Assembly: GCA_021814695.1 (NCBI GenBank)
Contig: JAKAHY010000003.1
Location: 20,692 to 84,691, forward strand
Reading direction: 5' to 3'
Length of the DNA: 64,000 bases
From: a bacterium
GTDB taxonomy: Bacteria > Patescibacteriota > Minisyncoccia > UBA6257 > JAGOQP01
Within the stretch, counting starts at the first letter, position 1. Each line of letters starts with the position of its first letter. This document shows positions 57,093-64,000 of this stretch, in pieces. Both the position numbers and the translations under genes were made by a program. A model generated the notes under the pieces. The model did not search any database, had not been told where the DNA came from, and saw only the letters and a program-made list of their open reading frames with translations.

Positions 57093-57779
57093 TTATCCGT
57101 CGATCCCGAGAAACTTCAGATCGCGGAAAAGATTCTTTCGGAGATCAAAATATCTCTCGTTGATATCCTTGGGTTTTTCGTTCAAGCTGATAACCACCAA
57201 TTCGTCCCAGGTATGGAACGAACAGGGAAATGGAGTGGTCACGTTTTTTACAACAACGGCGTTGATCACCATTCCGGTATTCTTGATAATATAATCCCTG
57301 TGGATTCCGTCCATAATCACAAGGTCGGCCCCATGTTGTTCAATAATCGGTGGAATATAAAGCGCCATACACTTGCGTTCGTTCTCGTCGCGTCCGAAAG
57401 CAAAGAATGCTCCCAGTTCGCCAAGTCCGCCGGTAATCATAAACTCGTCGAAAATATCGGTTACGCTTTCCAGTAGGTAAACGTAATTTTCCCGGTAAGC
57501 GAATTTCTGGCCGATTTTCAGCAATCGGGGGTCAAGCTTAAGCATTTCAATCTCGTTATCGGCAAATACTGGCTGCCCGTCGAGCGTGGTAATCCGGCTT
57601 ATGAAATAGGCCAGCGTGTTTCTGCGCATAGGAACGATTGATTCTACTTCTTTCATATCCCTGAGAGGCAAAATAACCTGTACGGTATTGAGGTTTGGCA
57701 ATCTTAGGCCGTGATTGAACCGGTCGGGTGAAAAACGCGTCCAAAAGTCATCCGCGGGGATTTCCCATTCGGGCCTCAT
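57093..57779 (-). CDS. Hypothetical protein with ParB/Srx-like motif
   Basis: PPIIE...VIMDGIHR; SD AAGGAG. Confidence 0.6.
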   Translation of the reverse strand: MRPEWEIPADDFWTRFSPDRFNHGLRLPNLNTVQVILPLRDMKEVESIVPMRRNTLAYFISRITTLDGQPVFADNEIEMLKLDPRLLKIGQKFAYRENYVYLLESVTDIFDEFMITGGLGELGAFFAFGRDENERKCMALYIPPIIEQHGADLVIMDGIHRDYIIKNTGMVINAVVVKNVTTPFPCSFHTWDELVVISLNEKPKDINERYFDLRKNLFRDLKFLGIDG

Positions 57780-57849
57780 TTTTTAGGCTCCTTTTTTTTG
57801 AATCGTGCTTGGGGTATTATAGTAATGAAAAATTCATCAGTCAAAGAGC

Positions 57850-58407
57850 ATGAAAATAGGATTCGATTTGGACGGAGTAATAATAGACCATACCGACAGC
57901 AAACTGATTCTCGCCAAAAGGCTGGGTTATGATTTGACGCCACAACAAACCGCTTCCGACGAAATTCAAAAAATAATTCCTTCCGAAATCCTTTCCAATA
58001 TTAGAAGTGCCATTTATGACGATGCCGATATAGCGATGTTGGCAAACTTAATGACGGGAGCGGTTGAATCTTTGGATAGCCTAAAAAAATCTTTTGTGCC
58101 GATATTTCTGGTATCTCGAAGGCATAATCCAAATGTACCCATAGATTTTATGAAAGCCAAAGGATTGTGGCCGGAATACTTTAACGCAGAAAACTCCTTT
58201 TTTGTGGCGACGGTTGCGGAAAAAAATTCAAAAGCAAAAGAAATCGGAGTAACCCATTTTTTGGACGACGAAATGAATGTCATAGAAGTTTTGAAAGATG
58301 TTCCGAACAGATTTTATTTTGACAGATTCAATTTATGCGGAGACGGCGACGGATACACCAGAGTTGTTTCCTGGGAAGATTTTTTGAAAAAAGTTTATGG
58401 TTACTAA
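57850..58407 (+). CDS. HAD-superfamily (5'-nucleotidase-like) protein
   Basis: IGFDLDGV, VSRR, K, FLDD, RV.SW. Confidence 0.8.
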   Translation: MKIGFDLDGVIIDHTDSKLILAKRLGYDLTPQQTASDEIQKIIPSEILSNIRSAIYDDADIAMLANLMTGAVESLDSLKKSFVPIFLVSRRHNPNVPIDFMKAKGLWPEYFNAENSFFVATVAEKNSKAKEIGVTHFLDDEMNVIEVLKDVPNRFYFDRFNLCGDGDGYTRVVSWEDFLKKVYGY

Positions 58408-58663
58408 TTTTAGGACAAGAGTTTTTGATATAGTCTCCAAAATAAAAAAGGGCCAAACTTTGTCGTACAAAAGCGTTGCGGAAATGGCGGGAAGCCCTAA
58501 GGCTTATCGGGCCGTAGGGAATATACTCCATAGCAATCACAATCCGAAAATTCCGTGCCACAGGGTAATTTGCTCGAATGGAGATATCGGAGGATATAAC
58601 AGAGGAACAAAAAGAAAGGCGATAATGCTTAAAAAAGAAGGGACTACAAAATTTAAACAATAA
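58397..58663 (+). CDS. MGMT family (Ogt DNA-binding domain) protein
   Basis: SYK.VA..AG.P.A.RAVG, PCHRVI. Confidence 0.88.
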   Translation: MVTNFRTRVFDIVSKIKKGQTLSYKSVAEMAGSPKAYRAVGNILHSNHNPKIPCHRVICSNGDIGGYNRGTKRKAIMLKKEGTTKFKQ

Positions 58664-58690
58664 ATTAATTAATCTCCAATTATCCGAAAT

Positions 58691-59851
58691 ATGCACATAT
58701 TGAATTTTTTGAGGCGTTATAGGGATAAATTTGACGATCCCGCAAGGCACCTTTTACGGATAGAAATAAATTCAAAATATCTTAAGGATAATATCGCCAG
58801 ATTTAAAACGCTTTATCCTCACCATCATTTGGCGGCGGTGCTTAAGAGTAATGCCTATGGCCACGGCCTTAAGGAAGTCGGCAGGTTTTTGGATAGGCAA
58901 AAAGAGGTGGAATGTTTTGTCGTGGACAGCATTATAGAAGCGCAAACTTTACGCGATGTGGGAACGCACAAACCGATAATTGTTTTGGGGTATGTCCCCA
59001 GAGTAGCGCTAAAATCGCTTAAAAAAATAAAACAAGTTATATTTGTCGTTAATTCCGTGGAGCAGGCGGAATTGATGCAGGCGACGATAAATTTCAGGCT
59101 GGAGGTGCATCTTAAAGTCGATACCGGAATGAACCGCCAGGGGATAGCCCTTAGCGAACTGACTCACGTAATAGACGTGCTTAAATCCAATAAAAAAATT
59201 ACCATTGCGGGCATGATGTCTCATTTAGCCGATGCCGACGGCCCTACGGGTCTGGCCACTCAGGAGCAAATAGGAAAATGGAAAATAGCTTTACAAAACT
59301 ACAAGAGAGCGATACCGGAGAGCCGGAATCATATTTTTCATTTTGCGGCAACTGCCGGGGCCAGATATCTTTCTACGGCCGAAAGTAATCTTGTTCGTGC
59401 CGGAATCGGGCTTTACGGTTTTGATACGACTCAGGATAAGCAGCTCAAGGTAAGGCCGGTGCTTTCGTTTTGGTCAAAAATAGTAAATCTTAAAGAAATA
59501 AAAGCGGGGGAAAAAATCGGATACAACTTTACTTTTACGGCGCCTAAAGATATGAAAATTGCCGTTCTTCCCTGCGGTTACTATGAGGGAATTCCCAGGG
59601 CGTTGAGCAATAACGGATTTTTCTATTACAAGGGAACGCCCCTAAAAATTTTGGGGAGAATAAGTATGAATTTAACCGTAGTGGATGTTACCGATGTGAG
59701 CGAACCGCTTCACCTTGAAGACGAGGTGGAAATATATTCGGCAAATCCGGAGCAACCGAATTCTGTGGAGAATATCGCAAAACTTTGTGATACGATTCCT
59801 TACGAAATTTTAGTCCGATTGGCGCCTACGATAAGAAGGGTGATCAAATAA
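58691..59851 (+). CDS. alr: Alanine racemase
   Basis: AVLKSNAYGHG (PLP Lys), HLKVDTGMNR.G, GRISM, TIPYEIL. Confidence 0.95.
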   Translation: MHILNFLRRYRDKFDDPARHLLRIEINSKYLKDNIARFKTLYPHHHLAAVLKSNAYGHGLKEVGRFLDRQKEVECFVVDSIIEAQTLRDVGTHKPIIVLGYVPRVALKSLKKIKQVIFVVNSVEQAELMQATINFRLEVHLKVDTGMNRQGIALSELTHVIDVLKSNKKITIAGMMSHLADADGPTGLATQEQIGKWKIALQNYKRAIPESRNHIFHFAATAGARYLSTAESNLVRAGIGLYGFDTTQDKQLKVRPVLSFWSKIVNLKEIKAGEKIGYNFTFTAPKDMKIAVLPCGYYEGIPRALSNNGFFYYKGTPLKILGRISMNLTVVDVTDVSEPLHLEDEVEIYSANPEQPNSVENIAKLCDTIPYEILVRLAPTIRRVIK

Positions 59852-59927
59852 TCATAAATAATAGTACGGCTATCCTTTGTACCGATTTGCGTTTATACTG
59901 CGTACAACATATTAAATAGATGTATTT

Positions 59928-61652
59928 ATGTCCGATCCCATACAGGAAATAAAAGATAAATTGGATATTGCCGATGTTATCAGGGAATATATTCCCTTAA
60001 TGCCGGCAGGAAAAAATTTGAGAGCCGTGTGTCCGTTTCATAAAGAGAGGACGCCGTCTTTTATAGTTTCTCCCGACAGACAGACATGGCATTGTTTCGG
60101 GTCCTGTAACGAAGGAGGGGATGTTATCAGTTTTGTGATGAAGTATGAGCACGTAGAATTTTATGAGGCTCTGCAAATGCTTGCCCAAAAAGCGGGAATA
60201 GAACTTCGAAGAATAAGCCCGTCCAGCCAAAAAGAATTCGGAATTCTTTACGACATAAATTCCGCCGCAAAAGATTATTTTGTCCAGCAAAGAAACGATG
60301 AACAAGCGGCAAAATACATTTCTTCCAGAGGACTTAAAAACGAAACGCTTGATGATTTTGAAATCGGATACGCGCCCCAAAGCATTGATGGTCTGATAAT
60401 CAATCTTGTAAACGCCGGATATGATGTTGCCGATGTTGAACGTGCGGGACTCGCTTTCAAAACCGAAAGGAAAACTTATATGGACAGATTCCGCGGGAGG
60501 ATTATGTTTCCGATTTACAATACTTTCGGTAAGGTAGTCGGATTTTCAGGACGCATCCTGCCGGAGCTGGATACGGGCGAAATGGGGAAATATGTCAATT
60601 CTCCCGAAACTCCTATTTTCAATAAATCCAGGATTCTTTACGGGCTTCACAGAACAAAACAGAATATCCGGGAAGAAAAAACAGCTTTTCTGGTTGAGGG
60701 CCAGATGGATTTTTTGATGCTTTATCAGGACGGGGTAAAAAATTGCGTTGCGACATCGGGAACTGCTCTTACGCAGCATCATCTGGAAGTGCTTAAAAAG
60801 ATTGCCGAAAAAATTATAGTCGCCTTTGACAGCGATGACGCCGGAATGATAGCCGCGGAACGTGCCATAGATATGGCTCACGCAATAGATTTAAACGTCG
60901 GGGTGTTTCTCTTAAACGACGCCAAGGACGCCGCCGAATACATCCAAAAAAATCCGGGCAAGATAAAACATCTTATAGATTCCGGCTCAATGAGCGCTTT
61001 AGATTTCTATTTCAAGCGGTATATTGATAATTCTGCCGAAGGGGATATGAAAAATAAAACCAGGCATGTTTTGGAAAAAATTCTCCATATTTACAGCCCT
61101 ATGGAACAGAGCCGATGGATAAAAAAAATTGCAGAAAAAATAGGACTTCCCGAATCATCTTTATCCGATGAGCTTAGACTGCTCAAATCCAAGCACCCTC
61201 CAAAAGCGTCTTCGGATACTGGCCAGGCATTAAAAAATGCCGATGAGCCGCCGCTTAAGACCAGAGCCGATAAAGTAGCAATGGAGATAATTTTAATGTC
61301 TCTTTTGGACGAAAGTGAATTACCCAAACTCGAAGACTTTAAGGCATTTTTCCCGGAACGATTTTGTAAGGTTATAGATTTTTTGCAGGGCGTTCAGGTG
61401 GATGATGAGGAAGCAAAAGCATTGGCTCGATTTGCAGAACTGAAATCATCATTGCGTTATGGAGATTTTGATATGGAAAAAGTGCCTTTTGAAATAAACG
61501 TGCTTCTTAAGGAGTTAAAAAAAGAATTTTATAAGGAAAGAAAGGACGTTCTTATGGAGCAGATAAAGAAAGCGGAAAAAGACGGAGATGAAACCAGATC
61601 CTCACAGTTATTGCGGGAATTTGACGAATTGGCAAAATTAGTGAATAATTAG
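59928..61652 (+). CDS. dnaG: DNA primase
   Basis: CPFH.E.TPSF..WHCFGSC, DRFRGRIMFPI, KYVNSPET, VEGQMD. Confidence 0.97.
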   Translation: MSDPIQEIKDKLDIADVIREYIPLMPAGKNLRAVCPFHKERTPSFIVSPDRQTWHCFGSCNEGGDVISFVMKYEHVEFYEALQMLAQKAGIELRRISPSSQKEFGILYDINSAAKDYFVQQRNDEQAAKYISSRGLKNETLDDFEIGYAPQSIDGLIINLVNAGYDVADVERAGLAFKTERKTYMDRFRGRIMFPIYNTFGKVVGFSGRILPELDTGEMGKYVNSPETPIFNKSRILYGLHRTKQNIREEKTAFLVEGQMDFLMLYQDGVKNCVATSGTALTQHHLEVLKKIAEKIIVAFDSDDAGMIAAERAIDMAHAIDLNVGVFLLNDAKDAAEYIQKNPGKIKHLIDSGSMSALDFYFKRYIDNSAEGDMKNKTRHVLEKILHIYSPMEQSRWIKKIAEKIGLPESSLSDELRLLKSKHPPKASSDTGQALKNADEPPLKTRADKVAMEIILMSLLDESELPKLEDFKAFFPERFCKVIDFLQGVQVDDEEAKALARFAELKSSLRYGDFDMEKVPFEINVLLKELKKEFYKERKDVLMEQIKKAEKDGDETRSSQLLREFDELAKLVNN

Positions 61653-61680
61653 GGTAATTATAGCCATTTAACCAAAGCCT

Positions 61681-62916
61681 ATGGCAAAAAAACCATCTTC
61701 AAAAAAGAAGGCGAATAAAAAGTCGCCAAAGCGTTCTGTTAAACACGTAAAGAAGTCGGTTAAAATTTCCAAAAAAGTCCACAAGAAAGCAGTCAAGAAG
61801 ACAAAGGGGGCAAAGAAGACATCAAAACAATCAAAGAAAAAAACTGTTTTTGATGAAAATCTTATTAACGAACTTGTCACCCGCGGAAAAGGAAGGGGAT
61901 TTGTTACCGACACCGAAATTTTGACTATCTTCCCGAACATCGAAAACGATGTTGATTTTCTGGAGCAAATATATTCCCAGCTCGAACAGCACAATATAAA
62001 AGTTATTGAAGTCAGCCAGTTAATAGATACGCCCGAGACGGCCAAGCCGGTATCGCCCAAAGAAATAAGTTCTTTGGAAGCAACCGAACTTCCCGATGCC
62101 GTTCAGTTATATCTTAAAACTATCGGAAGAACAGCTCTCTTAACGGGACAGGAAGAAAAGGATTTAGCCAAGCGTTCAGAACGGGGAGACGAAGAGGCCC
62201 GCCACAGACTGATTCAGGCAAACTTGCGTCTGGTGGTTTCCATTGCTAAGCACTACGTAAATCGAAGCACAAATCTTGGAATTTTGGATTTGATTCAGGA
62301 GGGAAATATTGGACTTTCTAGAGCGGTTGATAAATTCGATTACCGGAAAGGATTCAAATTTTCAACTTACGCTACTTGGTGGATTCGCCAGGCGATTACC
62401 CGCGCGTTAGCCGATCAGTCGCGCACCATCCGCATTCCGGTGCATATGGTGGAAACGATTTCAAAATATACTCAAATCAGAAGGCGTCTGGCACAGGAAT
62501 TGGGAAGAGAGCCGCTGGCTGAAGAAATTGCTATAGAAATGGGAATCTCGGTGGATAAAATCCGCCATATTCAGGAAATTTCACAGGAAGTTTTATCGCT
62601 TGAATCTCCCGTTGGAGAAGATGAGGACAACTCCACTCTGGCCGAATTCATAAAAGACGAAAAAGGATTGGCTCCCGACCAGGTTACTGCCCATTCGTTG
62701 CTTAAAGAAAAAATAGAAGAAATTATGAATGATTTGGCGCCCCGCGAAAGGGAAATTATCGGAATGCGTTTCGGACTTGAAGACGGAGTGACACACACTC
62801 TTGAAGAAGTCGGACAGAAGTTCGGAGTTACCCGCGAGCGTATCAGGCAGATTGAAGCCAAGGCGCTTGAGAAAATGCGTGAGCACGAAAAATCAAAAGC
62901 GTTGGAGGAATATTAA
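61681..62916 (+). CDS. rpoD: RNA polymerase primary sigma factor with Lys-rich N-terminus
   Basis: [43 protein letters not shown]. Confidence 0.97.
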   Translation: MAKKPSSKKKANKKSPKRSVKHVKKSVKISKKVHKKAVKKTKGAKKTSKQSKKKTVFDENLINELVTRGKGRGFVTDTEILTIFPNIENDVDFLEQIYSQLEQHNIKVIEVSQLIDTPETAKPVSPKEISSLEATELPDAVQLYLKTIGRTALLTGQEEKDLAKRSERGDEEARHRLIQANLRLVVSIAKHYVNRSTNLGILDLIQEGNIGLSRAVDKFDYRKGFKFSTYATWWIRQAITRALADQSRTIRIPVHMVETISKYTQIRRRLAQELGREPLAEEIAIEMGISVDKIRHIQEISQEVLSLESPVGEDEDNSTLAEFIKDEKGLAPDQVTAHSLLKEKIEEIMNDLAPREREIIGMRFGLEDGVTHTLEEVGQKFGVTRERIRQIEAKALEKMREHEKSKALEEY

Positions 62917-63059
62917 AAAGAGGGTATAGGGGTTAGGGTAAGGGGCAAAGTATATAAAAAAATAAAACCAAAGGCCGTCTCATCCGAGGCGGTTTTTGGC
63001 TGTTTGACAAAATATGCGGAGGGGGGGGATAATTAAAGTAATAATTAACAAATAAAAGT

Positions 63060-63494
63060 ATGAGGTTTGAACAATATAAACCAAGCCAAGAAGAAATAAA
63101 GAAAGCTGAGAAAGCAATGACTATCAATCAAGATTTGGCGTCACTTCTAAGGCATAACAAAAAAGAATTTGAAGAACATGTTCAAGAATGGAAGGTTACA
63201 AGAAATGAGAATGGGAGCACTGATGTGAGTGGTATTATTGATGGAACTAAAATACAACTTCACGGGGAGCGATATAAAGGAGGTAATACTATTGGAACTT
63301 ATTGGTCTGGAAAAGTAGGTGTGGGTGGAAGAATGGTAGAGATATCAGAAAATGATGCTATGCATCTATTTGATAAATATAATACAAATAGCGAGGCCGC
63401 TGAAGAACTTCCCGAATATGAAGCTAAAGCCAAAAAGGATATTGAAGAAATGAAATCTGCTAATGAAATTGTAGATAAATTATTGGGCAGATAA
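63060..63494 (+). CDS. Hypothetical protein
   Basis: 144-aa ORF; TTGACA at ~63004; terminator ~63524-63548. Confidence 0.6.
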   Translation: MRFEQYKPSQEEIKKAEKAMTINQDLASLLRHNKKEFEEHVQEWKVTRNENGSTDVSGIIDGTKIQLHGERYKGGNTIGTYWSGKVGVGGRMVEISENDAMHLFDKYNTNSEAAEELPEYEAKAKKDIEEMKSANEIVDKLLGR

Positions 63495-63598
63495 CTATTT
63501 AGAATTATCTTTCAATAAAACAAAAAACCGCCTGTTATGGGCGGTTTTGATTTTTGCGTCATAAAAGTATAGAATTCATCTATACTTTTTCGTTTACG

Positions 63599-64000
63599 AT
63601 GTTTTTAGAACTGAGAAAAAAATTTTTTGAATTCTGGAAAGAAAGAGGTCATGCGGTTGTAAAATCGTCGTCTTTGGTGCCCGACGATCCGTCGGTGCTT
63701 TTGACGACAGCAGGGATGCAGCAGTTCAAAAGATATTACACGGGCGAACTTAATGCTCAATCGGATTTCGGTTCGTCCCGCACTACCTCAATCCAAAAAT
63801 GTTTTCGGACTTCCGATATAGAAGAAGTGGGCGACGATACTCACCTGACGTTTTTTGAGATGTTGGGGAATTTTTCATTTGGTCCGGTAAAAAGCGACGA
63901 TCCCAAGGACACAAATGGGAATGGTGGGTATTTCAAAAAAGCGGCTATTGTTTGGGCGTATGAATTTTTGACCAATATTCTGGAAATAGCTCCCGAAAGA
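63599..64000 (+). CDS. alaS: Alanine--tRNA ligase (3'-truncated by window edge)
   Basis: [48 protein letters not shown]...[14 protein letters not shown]. Confidence 0.93.
   Translation, partial: MFLELRKKFFEFWKERGHAVVKSSSLVPDDPSVLLTTAGMQQFKRYYTGELNAQSDFGSSRTTSIQKCFRTSDIEEVGDDTHLTFFEMLGNFSFGPVKSDDPKDTNGNGGYFKKAAIVWAYEFLTNILEIAPER

Noticed and set aside
61681-61850. Lys-rich histone-like N-terminus of RpoD
   Set aside because: Low-complexity basic extensions are common on primary sigma factors; not novel
1-64000. Genome-wide genetic code 25 (TGA=Gly)
   Set aside because: Long genes are intact under code 11 and several appear to end in TGA; only one internal TGA was noticed
1-64000. CRISPR array, cas genes, integrase, transposase, reverse transcriptase
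   Set aside because: No regularly spaced repeat-spacer array and no such protein motifs seen

Overview
This 64-kb window looks like chromosome from a small-genome bacterium using genetic code 11. Gene content and style (leaders without a Shine-Dalgarno (SD) sequence, DUF5652/LemA/HtpX, palindromic CCTGCCTACCGG-type repeats) suggest Patescibacteria/CPR, most likely Parcubacteria; this assignment is inference. Housekeeping genes include partial uvrA, groES-groEL, lemA, htpX, tRNA-Ser(GGA), metK behind a SAM-I riboswitch, mscL, alr, dnaG, rpoD and partial alaS. The window also has two MacAB-type ABC exporter clusters (one with an ECF sigma factor), two RmuC and two YjjX paralogs. An AT-rich defence-like island (~26.2-37.7 kb) holds a single-chain restriction-modification (R-M) enzyme, a RloC/PrrC-like ABC ATPase, RmuC, a UvrD-nuclease fusion, a PD-(D/E)XK protein and an NDT-like cassette. 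The most unusual signals are: (i) three promoter-to-terminator units without a convincing ORF that look like structured RNAs (~770 nt at 50.2-51.0 kb, ~330 nt at 46.8-47.1 kb, ~125 nt at 45.1 kb); (ii) many stand-alone, mostly GC-richer mini-cassettes with a consensus promoter and strong SD, including unannotated micro-peptides; (iii) a three-copy structured repeat family whose stems are kept despite sequence divergence; (iv) a tRNA-Ser locus built from split and duplicated tRNA fragments; (v) SAM riboswitch-metK placed directly in front of the R-M gene. No CRISPR array, integrase, transposase or rRNA was seen. All product calls come from motif recognition by eye, not database searches.
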